From positions 27,151-91,150 of the forward strand of contig CAYJJI010000002.1 in assembly GCA_964370475.1 (NCBI GenBank): a DNA stretch of 64,000 nucleotides. The letters are read 5' to 3'. Of the stretch, positions 27,681 through 38,647 are shown piece by piece (positions within the stretch are counted from its first letter, which is position 1; each line of letters opens with the position of its first letter). The notes under the pieces were generated by a model. The model was not told the DNA's origin, ran no database searches, and worked only from the letters and a program-made list of their open reading frames with translations. A program made the translations under genes and the position numbers. This DNA is from an uncultured Muribaculaceae bacterium. Lineage in GTDB: Bacteria > Bacillota_I > Bacilli_A > RF39 > UBA660.

Positions 27681-29646
27681 AATTTAATTCATCTTTCAGT
27701 GCTTCTTCAAGCTCTTCTCTTGTCATTTTAGTGTAACCTTTAACACCTTTATCTTTTGCCATTTCTTTAAGTTTTAATATTGTGTTACCGTTTACGTTTG
27801 TTTCTTTTAAAGAATCTATTGTTCCTGTTTCTACTAATGATTCAATTTGTTCTTTAGTTAATGTTTCATATTCCATTAGTGCATCACTTAAAAGCATAAC
27901 TAGTTTTTCATTTTTCTTTAATACTGTTTTTGCTTCTTCATAGCATTCTTCAATTATTTTTCTTACTTCTTTATCTATTTCTAATGCAACTTGATCAGAG
28001 AAGTTTTTAGTTTTAGTATAATCTCTACCTAAGAATACTCCTTCACTCTTGTGTTCTAATTGCATTGGTCCTAAATCACTCATTCCGTATTCTGTTACCA
28101 TACTTCTTGCAATATTAGTAGCTCTTCTAAAATCATCTGATGCTCCTGTAGTTATTTCTCCTAGGAACATTTCTTCACTTACTCGTCCACCAAGTAATCC
28201 TACGATACTTGATAAAAGCTCGTTTTTAGTCATTATTCCAATTTTTTCTTCTTTAGGAAGCATCATAGTGTATCCACCTGCTTGACCTCTTGGAATAATT
28301 GTTATTTTATGAACTTCGTTAGCTTCTGCTACTTTAATTCCAATTACAGCATGACCAGCTTCGTGAATTGCGACTAATTTTTTTTCTTTTTCTGTTACTG
28401 TTCTTGAAGTTTTTGCTGGCCCTAACAACACTCTGTCAGTAGCTTCGTTAATTTCATCCATTGTAATAGCTTCTTTATTTCTTCTAACTGTTAATAAAGC
28501 CGCTTCGTTAAGAAGGTTTTCTAAGTCTGCGCCAGAGAAACCTGGTGTTCTTTTACTTAAGTTATCTAAAGTTACTTCGTTAGCTAACAATTTGTTTTTT
28601 GCATGAACTTTTAAAATTGCTTCTCTTTCTTTAGAGTCAGGTAAACTAACCGTTACTTGACGATCAAATCTTCCAGGTCTTAATAAAGCCGGATCTAAAA
28701 CGTCTGGTCTGTTTGTTGCAGCAATAATAATTATTCCTTCATTTACTCCAAATCCGTCCATTTCAGTTAATAATTGGTTTAGTGTTTGTTCTCTTTCATC
28801 GTGTCCACCACCTAGACCAGTTCCTCTTTGTCGTCCAACTGCATCTATTTCGTCAATAAATATTAAACACGGTGCGCATTGTTTAGCTTGTTTAAACATA
28901 TCACGTACTCGTGATGCTCCTACACCTACAAATAATTCTACGAAATCCGAACCACTTATATAAAAGAATGGTACATTAGCTTCACCAGCAACTGCTTTAG
29001 CTAATAATGTTTTACCAGTTCCTGGAGGACCTACTAATAATACACCTTTAGGAATTCTTGCTCCCATTTTTTGGAATTTTTTAGGACTTTTTAAGAAATC
29101 AATAAGTTCTTCTACTTCTTCTTTCTCTTCTTTTAATCCAGCTACATCTTTAAATCTAATTGATCCACCATCTTCACTAAGTTTAGCTCTACTTCTTCCA
29201 AAATCCATTGATTTACTATTTCCTGATGCTAGTTTAGTAAATAGGAAATATGACACTGCTACTATTATTAATAATGGTAGTATATTTACTATAATTAATA
29301 AAATTGAGCTAGATCCAGGATCTTTAGCTGTTTCATATAAATCTAAATCCATTTCTTCTGCATATGTAGTTAATGCAGATAATTGTTCTTCTACTACTTT
29401 TGCTGTAAAAGTTTCTTTATCATCATAACCTTCTAATTTACCAGAAATGTAATATACAGACTCTGTGCTTTTTGGCATTATAGTCATTTCTGTTACTTCT
29501 TCTTTTTCGATACTATTTAACAATTCTCCAGTAGTTAATTCATTTACTGTATAATCGTTAATGTTAAAAAACACAATAGTTAATAATACAATTGTAATTA
29601 GTATCATGTATGGAAATGATTGTTTAAATACTTTGTTTTTATTCAT
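27679..29646 (-). CDS. ftsH: ATP-dependent zinc metalloprotease FtsH (with a Rho_N/SAP-like C-terminal tail)
   Basis: Two N-terminal TM segments, Walker A GPPGTGKT, second region of homology, and the HEAGH zinc site. The extra C-terminal tail reads ...[29 protein letters not shown]. Confidence 0.95.
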   Translation of the reverse strand: MNKNKVFKQSFPYMILITIVLLTIVFFNINDYTVNELTTGELLNSIEKEEVTEMTIMPKSTESVYYISGKLEGYDDKETFTAKVVEEQLSALTTYAEEMDLDLYETAKDPGSSSILLIIVNILPLLIIVAVSYFLFTKLASGNSKSMDFGRSRAKLSEDGGSIRFKDVAGLKEEKEEVEELIDFLKSPKKFQKMGARIPKGVLLVGPPGTGKTLLAKAVAGEANVPFFYISGSDFVELFVGVGASRVRDMFKQAKQCAPCLIFIDEIDAVGRQRGTGLGGGHDEREQTLNQLLTEMDGFGVNEGIIIIAATNRPDVLDPALLRPGRFDRQVTVSLPDSKEREAILKVHAKNKLLANEVTLDNLSKRTPGFSGADLENLLNEAALLTVRRNKEAITMDEINEATDRVLLGPAKTSRTVTEKEKKLVAIHEAGHAVIGIKVAEANEVHKITIIPRGQAGGYTMMLPKEEKIGIMTKNELLSSIVGLLGGRVSEEMFLGEITTGASDDFRRATNIARSMVTEYGMSDLGPMQLEHKSEGVFLGRDYTKTKNFSDQVALEIDKEVRKIIEECYEEAKTVLKKNEKLVMLLSDALMEYETLTKEQIESLVETGTIDSLKETNVNGNTILKLKEMAKDKGVKGYTKMTREELEEALKDELN

Positions 29647-30958
29647 AATAACTCTCTTTCTTTTCTACCAACTTTTGGTACTTAATTATTATATCATATT
29701 TTTCATTTTTGTCTTTATCAAATTTCGACTTTTTTATTCCTGGTAACCATATGATATTGTTATTTTGATCAAGCAATACTGGTTGATTTATTCTATTTTC
29801 TTTTTCTATTTTTTCATCTTTTAATATATCTTTTATTTTTTTGCGACCTAACATATTTTTTATTTCTATTAAATCATCATTTTTATAATTTCTTACAATC
29901 AGAGGCAGTTTTATCTCTGATAAATTTAATCTTAATATATAATTACTTTTTGTTAAATCATCTTCTGTTTCTTTTAAACAATAATTGTTTGGTAATTCTA
30001 TGTATTTATTAAATAAATGATTGTATTCATTTGTTTGATGTTCTTTTTTTAGTTTTAATTTGTTATATTCTTTTTCTATTTTAATGTTTGACGGAAGATG
30101 TATTTCTTCATTTTTATTTTTTACTATCATTTCTTTTAATAAATTAACATGAGTTTTATTTATTAATTTAATATCATCTTTGTATATTTCTTTTAAATAC
30201 TTTTCTATTAATTTTTGAATTATAATTTTTGGGTGGTTGTTGATGTTTTCTATATTTAGTTCATTGTCTTTATATATTTTTTGGAATTCTTTATTAGTGA
30301 TACTCTCTATTAGTTCAAAAGCATCTGTTAATTCTTTACTAAATTCTAAAAACTTTTTATGAACATCGTAATTTTCTTCTTTTAATACTGGTAGGATATT
30401 ATGTCTATATCTATTTCTAGTATAGAATAAATCGTTGTTAGATTTATCTAACCGATAAGGTATGTTATTAGCTTGATTGTAGTTAATAATATCTTCTTTC
30501 GACCAATTTAGTAGTGGTCTATATAATTTGTAGTTATTTTTATATATAATTTCTTTTATACCAATATATCCATTTAAACTTGATCCTCTTGTTAATCTCA
30601 TTAATATTGTTTCTATTAAATCGTCTCCGTGATGAGCAGTTAATAAGATATTAGCACTATATTTATTTATTATCTTTTCAAAAAATTGATATCTTCTATT
30701 TCTTAAATTTTCTTCACTATGATTAGTTTCATATAAAGTTGTTGTTTCAAGAATATAATTATTGTTGTTATATTTTTTTAAAAATTCTTCTTCTTCTTTT
30801 GACTCTTCTCTTATATTATGATTTACATGAGCTATTATTATTTTGTTATTTGGATATTTTTTTGTAATTATATTATATAAACACATTGAATCTGGTCCTG
30901 CTGAACAGGCTAATACAATTATATCGTTTTCTTTTATATATTTATTTATAAATATCAC
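29639..30958 (-). CDS. tilS: tRNA(Ile)-lysidine synthase
   Basis: PP-loop [12 protein letters not shown]. 439 aa. Conserved position upstream of ftsH. Confidence 0.88.
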   Translation of the reverse strand: MIFINKYIKENDIIVLACSAGPDSMCLYNIITKKYPNNKIIIAHVNHNIREESKEEEEFLKKYNNNNYILETTTLYETNHSEENLRNRRYQFFEKIINKYSANILLTAHHGDDLIETILMRLTRGSSLNGYIGIKEIIYKNNYKLYRPLLNWSKEDIINYNQANNIPYRLDKSNNDLFYTRNRYRHNILPVLKEENYDVHKKFLEFSKELTDAFELIESITNKEFQKIYKDNELNIENINNHPKIIIQKLIEKYLKEIYKDDIKLINKTHVNLLKEMIVKNKNEEIHLPSNIKIEKEYNKLKLKKEHQTNEYNHLFNKYIELPNNYCLKETEDDLTKSNYILRLNLSEIKLPLIVRNYKNDDLIEIKNMLGRKKIKDILKDEKIEKENRINQPVLLDQNNNIIWLPGIKKSKFDKDKNEKYDIIIKYQKLVEKKESYYE

Positions 30959-30961
30959 TTC

Positions 30962-31822
30962 CTAATCTTCTTTAAATCTTTTGTTACTGTTTGTTAATTC
31001 ATGAGTATCACTAATTACTATAAATGACTTATCGTCTATTAATTTAATTCCTTCTTTTACTCTATAGTAATCATTTGTGTTTACTATACTCATTAATATT
31101 TTCATATTTTTTGATGAATATCCACCTTTAGCATTTATTATTGTAATATCTGTTTTTATAATGTCTAGTAAGTATTCTTTTACTTCTTTTGGTTTTGATG
31201 TATATATGTAAAAGTTTTTATTTTTACCTATTCCTATAAGGGTTTTATCAGAGAATGTACTTATCAATACTAATATTATTATTGAATATATCATATTTTC
31301 TATTCCGAATACTAAACCACCTAATACTACTATTAATCCATCTACTAATATAATGGCTGTTTTTAAGGGTATTTTATAAGTGAAACTTGCTAATTGATTT
31401 ATGATATCTGTGCCACCTGATGTGTATCCTTGTTTAAAGATTAATCCATAGCCTATTCCTGATGATACACCAGCTATTATCACTTGAACTATTAGTTCTA
31501 CTTCTGATAAATCTATTAGTTGTGCAAGCGGTAGTGTTAGAGATAGGAATATCGGTGAAAGTAGTGCTCCGATGATTGTTCTTTTTGTTGTCAAGTTATC
31601 TAGTACTAAATATGATAATGCAATTAATAAGATATTACTAATTAAAACAAAAATACTGATATCGATATCATACAAGTCATAAAATAATAATGCTAGTCCA
31701 CTTATTCCAAATGCTGCTAGTTCGTTTTTTAACATAAATAAGTTGAAAGAAAAAGATACTATTAATAATCCTATCACAACAAATATATATCTTTTTAAGT
31801 TTTGTAATTTCTTTTTTTTCAT
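30962..31822 (-). CDS. YitT-family membrane protein (DUF2179)
   Basis: Paralogue of 6590-7543, with GYTSGGTDI and the C-terminal DUF2179-like domain. Confidence 0.8.
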   Translation of the reverse strand: MKKKKLQNLKRYIFVVIGLLIVSFSFNLFMLKNELAAFGISGLALLFYDLYDIDISIFVLISNILLIALSYLVLDNLTTKRTIIGALLSPIFLSLTLPLAQLIDLSEVELIVQVIIAGVSSGIGYGLIFKQGYTSGGTDIINQLASFTYKIPLKTAIILVDGLIVVLGGLVFGIENMIYSIIILVLISTFSDKTLIGIGKNKNFYIYTSKPKEVKEYLLDIIKTDITIINAKGGYSSKNMKILMSIVNTNDYYRVKEGIKLIDDKSFIVISDTHELTNSNKRFKED

Positions 31823-31831
31823 AGTTTCCTC

Positions 31832-32924
31832 TTATTTATTCTTTAATAATGATTTAATTATATTTATTATGTCTCCATCTAACACTTTATCCGCTTGTGT
31901 TGTTTCAAAGTTCGTTCTGCTATCTTTTACAAGCGTATATGGTTCTAGTACGTAATTTCTTATTTGACTTCCAAAATCTATATTTTTTAATGTTCCTTTA
32001 CTATTTTCAACTTTTTCGTTTTGTTTCATCAATTCTATTTGGTAGAGTTTACTTTTTAATATTTTCATAGCTTGTTCTTTGTTTTTTAACTGACTTCTTT
32101 CGTTTTGACATGTTACTACAGTTCCTGTTGGAAGATGAGTTATTCGAACTGCAGAATCAGTTGTATTTACTGATTGACCACCTGCTCCGCTACTCCTATA
32201 TACATCTATTTTTAGATCAATTTCTTTTATATCGATGTTTATATCTGTTTCGAATTTCGGGATTACTAATACTGAGGCAAATGATGTATGTCTTCTTGAA
32301 TTTGAATCGAACGGAGAAATTCTAACTAATCTATGTACTCCTGATTCGTTTTTTAAATATCCGAAAGCATAATCTCCTTTTACTAAAATAGTTACACTTT
32401 TTATTCCAGCTTCTTCGCCTTTTTGTTCTTCTATTATTTCGTATTTGTAGTTTGATTTGTCGCAAAATCTAATGTACATTCTTTCAAGCATACTTGCCCA
32501 ATCGCAAGATTCTGTACCTCCTGCTCCTGGGTGTATTTCTATATAACAATCTGATTGATCATATTCTTCACTTAGTAATGTTGAAGTTTCTAAATCGCTT
32601 AGTTCTTCATTTATATTTGTTATTTCTAATGTTATCTCTTCTAGTGAGTCTTTATTATTTAAATCTATTAAGCTTATGTACTCCGTTATATATTCAATAG
32701 TTGATTTGATTTCGTTATATTTAGATAACTGCTTTTTTATGTTATTTACTTCTTTAGCTACTGAACTACTTTTTTCGACATCTTGCCATATGTTTGGATC
32801 ATTTAATTGTTCTGTTAATTCATTTAATTTATTTTGTTTTTCTGTGACGTCAAAGAGACCTCCCGATACTATCTAAGGTTTCTATTTGAGTTTTATTTAA
32901 TTGTTGTAATTCATATAGTTCCAT
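31832..32924 (-). CDS. prfB: Peptide chain release factor 2 (requires a programmed +1 frameshift)
   Basis: Frame 0 runs from the ATG at 32924 through MELYELQQLNKTQIETLDSIGRSL to an in-frame TGA. The +1 frame continues DVTEKQNKL... into the track ORF 31832-32491, which carries the SPF and GGQ motifs. Both segment lengths are divisible by 3. Confidence 0.93.
32849..32864 (-). other. prfB: prfB programmed +1 ribosomal frameshift site
   Basis: - strand GGGAGG TCT CTT TGA C: an internal SD-like GGGAGG (32864-32859), then slippery CTT plus the TGA stop with 3' C (32855-32849). Confidence 0.92.
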
Positions 32925-32985
32925 AAGGACTCCTTTTTTGTTTATTATATCATAAATATGTTTTATAATGCATAGCTTTTTTAAT

Positions 32986-33009
32986 AAAAAAAAGTAGCTA
33001 AACTACTTT
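32986..33009 (-). terminator. Terminator after secA
   Basis: - strand AAAGTAG-TTTAG-CTACTTT followed by T5. Confidence 0.5.
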
Positions 33010-35501
33010 TATTTTCCACAACATTGTTTATATTTTTTTCCTGATCCACATGTACACGGATCATTTCTTCCTACTTTTTCACTTTTCTTTGGAGCGCTTT
33101 TTAACTTTTCTTTTCCGTCGTTTGCATTTCCTTGAATTGTTTGTTTTCTTTCAACGTTTTGTTCTATCTTTGCTTTTGATAAGTAAACTGATATTTTTTC
33201 GTCTACATTATCTAGTAGTTTTTCAAATATTTGATATCCTTCTGTTGTGTATGCTTGAAGTGGATTTGTTTGTCCATAACTTCTTAATCCTATACCATCT
33301 CTTAAATGTTCCATTGAAGAGATATGTTCTAACCATAATGAATCAATAACTCTTAATGATATTGCTTTTTCAAAATTACTTCTTATTTCTTCTGGAATAT
33401 TTTCCATTTTTAATTCGTAATTATTTTTTACTTCTTCGTAAATAATATCTATTACTTCATCAATATTTGTTATGTCTTGAATTGTTTCGTTTTTGAAATC
33501 TTGTATTAAATTAGTATTTATATATTCAGTAATTTCTTCTTTATCTTTAGCTGTTAGGTAACCCTCTGGAGCTATATGACTTTCTATTAATACAATAATA
33601 TTGTTTTTTAATGTATCAAGAGTTCTTTCTTTTATACTCTCTTGATCTAAAATTTCGTTTCTTCTAGTATATATAATTTCTCTTTGTTCATTCATAACAT
33701 TATCATAATCTAGAAGGCTTTTACGCATGTCGAAGTTGTTTCCTTCTACTTTTTTCTGAGCTGTTTCTACACTTCTTGTAAATGTTTTACTTCTTATACT
33801 TTGTTCATCAGTAAATCCTACACTTATTAGTAGATTTTTTATTTTGTCTGTACCGAACCTTCTCATTAAGTCGTCTTCGAATGATACAAAAAATTGAGAT
33901 GTTCCTGGATCACCTTGACGTCCTGCTCTACCTCTTAACTGATTATCTATTCTTCTTGATTCGTGACGTTCTGTACCTATTACCCATAGACCACCTAATG
34001 CTTTAGTTTCATCACTTAATTTAATATCTGTACCACGTCCAGCCATATTTGTTGCGATCGTTATTGCCCCAACGTTACCAGCTTTTGCAACTATTTCAGA
34101 TTCTCTTTCGTGATTTTTTGCATTTAACACTTCATGTTTTAAATTTTCTTTAGTTAATAATTTACTTAATTTTTCATTATTTTCTACAGATATTGTTCCT
34201 ACTAATATAGGTTGTCCTTTTTGATGAACTTCTTTAATAACATTTATTATAGCTTTGTACTTACCATTTTCAGTTGAATATACTAAATCTGTTAAGTCTT
34301 GTCTTGCTATTGGTTTATTTGTTGGAATTTGAATAACATACATATTATATATATTTCTAAATTCTTCTTCTTCTGTTTTAGCTGTTCCCGTCATTCCTGA
34401 TAGTTTGTTATACATTCTGAATAAATTTTGAAATGTTATTGTAGCCATAGTTCTTGTTTCTTCGTTTATTGTTACATTTTCTTTTGCTTCTATTGCTTGA
34501 TGTAATCCTTCTGAAAATTGACGACCTTGCATTAATCTACCTGTAAATTGATCTACTATTACTACTGTGTCATCTTCTACTACGTAATCTACATCTTTTT
34601 TAAAACCGTAATTTGCTTTTAATGATTGATTTATATGATGAACTAATATCGCGTTATCTAAATCATATAAATTTTTAATGTTTAGTTGTTTTTCAACACT
34701 GTGACTTCCAGCTTCTGTAAGCGAAACGTTTTTAGTTTTTTCATCGATAGTATAATCTTCTTCATTTTTTAATCTTTTTACACATTTATCAGCATCATGA
34801 TATAGGTTTTTTGCATTAAATTTTCCCCCTGATATTATTAGCGGAGTTCTCGCTTCATCTATTAAAATTGAATCCACTTCATCTATAACACAGAAATTAA
34901 GAGGTCTTTGTACTCTTTTATCAGCTGTAATAACCATATTATCTCTTAAGTAATCAAAACCTATTTCATTATTAGTTGAATATAGTACATCACAATTATA
35001 CGCTTCTCTTTTTTCTTTTGGAGTTAGTTCTCTTAAATTTAAACCTACACTTAGTCCTAAAAACCTAAATATATTACCCATCCACTCTGAGTCACGTTTT
35101 GCAAGGAATTCATTAACTGTAATTATGTGGACTCCTTTTCCTGTTAGGGCATTTAAGTATGTTGGCATTGTTTCTGTAAGAGTTTTACCTTCACCTGTAC
35201 GCATTTCTGCTATATTACCATAATGAATAGCTAACCCACCTAACATTTGAACAAAATATGGATATTCTCCTATTACTCTTTTTGCCGCTTCTCTGACAGT
35301 TGCAAACGCTGGTACAATTATACTTTCTAAGTCGTTATTATTTTCTGCTAGAATACTTTTAAATTCTTCTGTTTTAGATTTTAATTCTTCATCTGATAGT
35401 TTTTCGTAAGCTTCACTTAAGTTATCTATTTCTTTTGCTATAGCTTCGAATCTTTTTAATTCTTTGTATTCTGAATCTATTAATTTTTTTAAAAATTTCA
35501 T
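33009..35501 (-). CDS. secA: Preprotein translocase ATPase SecA
   Basis: 830 aa with the motor motifs (MRTGEGKTL, DEVDSILIDEARTPLIISG) and the C-terminal zinc finger CTCGSGKKYKQCCGK. Confidence 0.97.
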   Translation of the reverse strand: MKFLKKLIDSEYKELKRFEAIAKEIDNLSEAYEKLSDEELKSKTEEFKSILAENNNDLESIIVPAFATVREAAKRVIGEYPYFVQMLGGLAIHYGNIAEMRTGEGKTLTETMPTYLNALTGKGVHIITVNEFLAKRDSEWMGNIFRFLGLSVGLNLRELTPKEKREAYNCDVLYSTNNEIGFDYLRDNMVITADKRVQRPLNFCVIDEVDSILIDEARTPLIISGGKFNAKNLYHDADKCVKRLKNEEDYTIDEKTKNVSLTEAGSHSVEKQLNIKNLYDLDNAILVHHINQSLKANYGFKKDVDYVVEDDTVVIVDQFTGRLMQGRQFSEGLHQAIEAKENVTINEETRTMATITFQNLFRMYNKLSGMTGTAKTEEEEFRNIYNMYVIQIPTNKPIARQDLTDLVYSTENGKYKAIINVIKEVHQKGQPILVGTISVENNEKLSKLLTKENLKHEVLNAKNHERESEIVAKAGNVGAITIATNMAGRGTDIKLSDETKALGGLWVIGTERHESRRIDNQLRGRAGRQGDPGTSQFFVSFEDDLMRRFGTDKIKNLLISVGFTDEQSIRSKTFTRSVETAQKKVEGNNFDMRKSLLDYDNVMNEQREIIYTRRNEILDQESIKERTLDTLKNNIIVLIESHIAPEGYLTAKDKEEITEYINTNLIQDFKNETIQDITNIDEVIDIIYEEVKNNYELKMENIPEEIRSNFEKAISLRVIDSLWLEHISSMEHLRDGIGLRSYGQTNPLQAYTTEGYQIFEKLLDNVDEKISVYLSKAKIEQNVERKQTIQGNANDGKEKLKSAPKKSEKVGRNDPCTCGSGKKYKQCCGK

Positions 35502-35546
35502 TTTATCACCTGTATGTCCTATTTTATCATATATTTTTATTTTTTC

Positions 35547-35575
35547 AAAAGAAAAATAAGAGTTTTCTCTTATTT
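35547..35575 (-). terminator. Terminator after hpf
   Basis: - strand AAATAAGAG-AAAA-CTCTTATTT followed by a T-rich tract. Confidence 0.6.
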
Positions 35576-36100
35576 AACATTTATTATTCCGTAATTGTCT
35601 TCTTTTCTTTTATAGACAACCGATACACAGTCTTCATCTGTATTTTTAAATATAAAAAAGTCATGTCCAAGTAGATTTGCTTGAAGTATCGCTTCTTCTT
35701 CATCCATCGGTTTCATAGAAACGTTTTTTCTTTTAACTATTTTTGTTTCTTCTTGTTCTTCTATATCTTCATAATCAAAGTTAAATTCAATCGGTTCTTG
35801 ATTTTTATATTTGCCTTTTATTTTTTCTTTATTTTTTCTTAATTGTCTCTCTAAGATGTCAGTTACTAAATCAACTGCTGCATAGAAATCTTTATTTCTT
35901 TCTTCAGCTCTTAAAGTGAACTTTTGGGTAGGGACTGTCACTTCAACTATTTGTTTGTCGCCACGAATTCTGACTAGCACGTTAGCTGTGATTTTTTCTG
36001 GTTTTTCAAATAATCTGTCTAACTTAGTAAGTTTTTCGGTAATGTGCTCTTTCATAGCACTAGTTACCTCGATCTTTTCGCCACGGATTTTTAGATCCAT
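35570..36100 (-). CDS. hpf: Ribosome hibernation promoting factor (long HPF)
   Basis: MDLKIRGEKIEVT..., the S30AE domain, a linker, and the C-terminal dimerisation domain (PMDEEEAILQANLLGHDFFIFKN). The hpf-secA-prfB synteny matches Bacillus. ATG at 36100 lies 7 nt after GGAGGA. Confidence 0.9.
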   Translation of the reverse strand: MDLKIRGEKIEVTSAMKEHITEKLTKLDRLFEKPEKITANVLVRIRGDKQIVEVTVPTQKFTLRAEERNKDFYAAVDLVTDILERQLRKNKEKIKGKYKNQEPIEFNFDYEDIEEQEETKIVKRKNVSMKPMDEEEAILQANLLGHDFFIFKNTDEDCVSVVYKRKEDNYGIINVK

Positions 36101-36140
36101 AAACATTCCTCCTCTAACTTAATTATAGCACTTTTGACAG

Positions 36141-36163
36141 AAAAAAACTACTAAATTGTAGTT
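36141..36163 (-). terminator. Terminator after the cold-shock gene
   Basis: - strand AACTAC-AATTTA-GTAGTT followed by T7. Confidence 0.55.
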
Positions 36164-36363
36164 AAGTTCGATTCTGCAACTTCTTGTGCTTGTAGACCTT
36201 TGTTTGTCTCAATAAGTTTGAATTCTACTAAGTCACCTTCTTTTAAAGTTTTAAATCCGTCTCTTTGAATTGCGGAGTAATGAACAAATATATCTTCTGT
36301 TTCATTGTATTCAATGAAACCAAAACCTTTCTCATTATTAAACCACTTTACTCTACTTCTCAT
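36151..36363 (-). CDS. Cold-shock protein (CspA family)
   Basis: 70 aa with RNP1 KGFGFI and RNP2-like VFVHYS. Confidence 0.93.
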   Translation of the reverse strand: MRSRVKWFNNEKGFGFIEYNETEDIFVHYSAIQRDGFKTLKEGDLVEFKLIETNKGLQAQEVAESNLTTI

Positions 36364-36514
36364 AACTTTCCTCCTTCTTATATAAAAAATTTACCATGCT
36401 AATTAGAAGTTTTCAATAGAAGTTAATCGACAAATTATTTAGCACATATAAAATTTATAACTTTTTTTAATTTTATACAAGAGATATTTTTTAATTCTAT
36501 TGTGGGTGGAAATT

Positions 36515-37018
36515 CTACTTAAGAAAGTAACCTAGATTGTTTACAAAATAATAGCACGTCTTTTTGGTTTTTATTTCTTCTTTTCTATAGTTTAGTATAT
36601 CTATGTCTTTTAGTTTTAGTATTTTGATTATGTTGTTGATATCTATATAGTTATAAACAATTATCTGCTTTTGATTATTGATTATCCTTGTTGATAATTC
36701 ATCAGTTATTAACAGTTTTTTTTCATGGAGCACTTCACTTTCTTTTTTAATTTTTATTTTATTAAATTCTAGTTCTTTGAAAATATTTTTTAACTGATTT
36801 ATGTCACTTATTGTATATAGATCATTAACTGTTATGATTGCTATATCACCTAATATATTTTTATTTATTTTTTCTAATTTGATGTTTTTTTTCATTGTAC
36901 AGTAAAATTCTTTTAAATTGTCTATTTTTCCATACTTTATGCTTGGAAATATTTGTTTTGGTTCATCTATTTTGTATATCAATGATACATCAGTAAAGTG
37001 ATAATAAATTATTTTCAT
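36515..37018 (-). CDS. Hypothetical cytoplasmic protein (167 aa)
   Basis: Intact ORF with a GGAGGAAAAATG RBS, lying directly downstream of the SpoIIQ-like gene. K/I/N-rich. No TM segment and no recognisable motif. Confidence 0.5.
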   Translation of the reverse strand: MKIIYYHFTDVSLIYKIDEPKQIFPSIKYGKIDNLKEFYCTMKKNIKLEKINKNILGDIAIITVNDLYTISDINQLKNIFKELEFNKIKIKKESEVLHEKKLLITDELSTRIINNQKQIIVYNYIDINNIIKILKLKDIDILNYRKEEIKTKKTCYYFVNNLGYFLK

Positions 37019-37051
37019 TTTTCCTCCATTATAAATACCCCTGATGGGGTA

Positions 37052-37684
37052 TTAATTATTTTCTGTTATTTTATATTCATAAAATTCTTCTGGATTAATT
37101 AGTTTTCCATCTTTTATTACTTGAAAATGTAAGTTATATTCTTTTGTTCCTTCAATATTATTAGGTCCACTTTGGGCGATTATTTGTCCTTGAGTTACTT
37201 CATCTCCAACTTTTACTGAAATATCATTTACACTTTGATAATATGTTGTAATATTTGGAGAGTGTTCTATCTCTATGATATTTCCTAATATATCATCTTC
37301 TGTTATATTTTTAATTGTTCCTTTCAATACACTTACAACTGAGAAATTTTCATCCGATGAGTACATTATTCCTGTATTTTGTAAGTATATATTTTCGTAA
37401 TATATCAAAGAATTTTGTTGTGTTTTTTCGTCACTTTGATAATCGTAATAACTTTTAGAAATTGTTACTTTTTCTGATGAGTATGGTTTTATTACTTTTA
37501 TTTCTATTTCTTTATTAACTGGTATTGAATCTTCAATTATTACATCTTTTACATTTTCATTAATTGGTCCATCTACTGTTTGATTAATTATTCCTCCTAA
37601 AAAATATAGAGCTCCTACTAATATTATACAAGTAATACCTATTACTGAATTTACTACCCAAGATCGTAATCTTCTTTTCGTCAT
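37052..37684 (-). CDS. Membrane-anchored degenerate LytM-domain protein (SpoIIQ-like)
   Basis: N-terminal TM. The LytM fold is recognisable (NIIEIEHSPNITTYYQS...GQIIAQSG...NLHFQV), but the HxxxD ligands are absent and HxH reads NLH. It sits directly after spoIID, as in clostridial spoIID-spoIIQ loci. Confidence 0.6.
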   Translation of the reverse strand: MTKRRLRSWVVNSVIGITCIILVGALYFLGGIINQTVDGPINENVKDVIIEDSIPVNKEIEIKVIKPYSSEKVTISKSYYDYQSDEKTQQNSLIYYENIYLQNTGIMYSSDENFSVVSVLKGTIKNITEDDILGNIIEIEHSPNITTYYQSVNDISVKVGDEVTQGQIIAQSGPNNIEGTKEYNLHFQVIKDGKLINPEEFYEYKITENN

Positions 37685-37726
37685 TATTTCACCTTCCTAC
37701 TAAAAGTGTGAACAAATTATGACTAT

Positions 37727-38611
37727 TTATACTGTTATTTTGTTTATTTCTATATCTTGGTAATAATATTTTAATATTTCCTCATATGTTTTTCCTTCTT
37801 TTGCTAGTCCATTGGCTCCGTATTGACTCATGCCTACTCCATGACCGTATCCGTTAGTTATCAAAGTTACTTGATTATCATTGATATTTATTGTGATATC
37901 TGTTGATCTTAAGTTTAGCAAGTTTCTAAAATCTACGCCTGTGTAATCTATATCATTAATAGTAATTAAATCTATTCGATTATTTTCGTTATAAGTAATT
38001 TTGTTAACTATGAATGAAGTACAATCTATATTTAACATTTTACATATTTCTTCTTTTTTATATGTAATTGTTTCTTGATAGTTTTGATGATTTTCTTCCC
38101 ATGGAGATTTCACTGATTGTATATAAGGTAATTCTTCTCCAAACACTGTAAGGGAATTTTCTGTAGTTCCGTTACTCATTGAAAAGTAAAAAGCAATTAT
38201 GGGATTTTCTTGATATGTAATGATTAAATCTTTTGTATCTTCTATAGCTTTTGATATTTTTTCTTTATAAATTTTGTAATCTTCTCCCCACTTAGATTGC
38301 ATTTGGGAATCGTTTATGAATGCTTGATCTGAGGTTGTACCTGTTAATAGTTGATTGTTAATGTATTTGTAATAAGCATAAGTTCTAGCAGCTACTGCTT
38401 GAGCTTTTAAAGCTTCTATTTCAAATGAAGCTGGCATTTCTGCAGCTAATACTCCTACCAGATAATCTTCTATATATAATTTTTCGTTATTTAATTTTAT
38501 ATATATTTTCTCGTTTGTATATGTGTTTACTTCTTTTTTTTGTTCTTTTTTTATAAGTATACTTATAGGAATTAAAACTATTATTATTAGAATTAGATAT
38601 TTATTTTTCAT
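37727..38611 (-). CDS. spoIID: Stage II sporulation protein D (SpoIID/LytB lytic transglycosylase)
   Basis: LVGVLAAEMPASFEIEALKAQAVAARTYA and GHGVGMSQYGANGLA motifs with an N-terminal anchor. Confidence 0.85.
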   Translation of the reverse strand: MKNKYLILIIIVLIPISILIKKEQKKEVNTYTNEKIYIKLNNEKLYIEDYLVGVLAAEMPASFEIEALKAQAVAARTYAYYKYINNQLLTGTTSDQAFINDSQMQSKWGEDYKIYKEKISKAIEDTKDLIITYQENPIIAFYFSMSNGTTENSLTVFGEELPYIQSVKSPWEENHQNYQETITYKKEEICKMLNIDCTSFIVNKITYNENNRIDLITINDIDYTGVDFRNLLNLRSTDITININDNQVTLITNGYGHGVGMSQYGANGLAKEGKTYEEILKYYYQDIEINKITV

Positions 38612-38620
38612 TTTTTCTCC

Positions 38621-38646
38621 AAAAAAAGAATAGTACTTTGTACTAT
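38621..38646 (-). terminator. Hairpin plus T-run between the DUF1146 gene and spoIID
   Basis: - strand ATAGTAC-AAA-GTACTAT, then TC, then T7, running straight into the spoIID GGAG RBS. Confidence 0.5.
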
Positions 38647-38647
38647 C

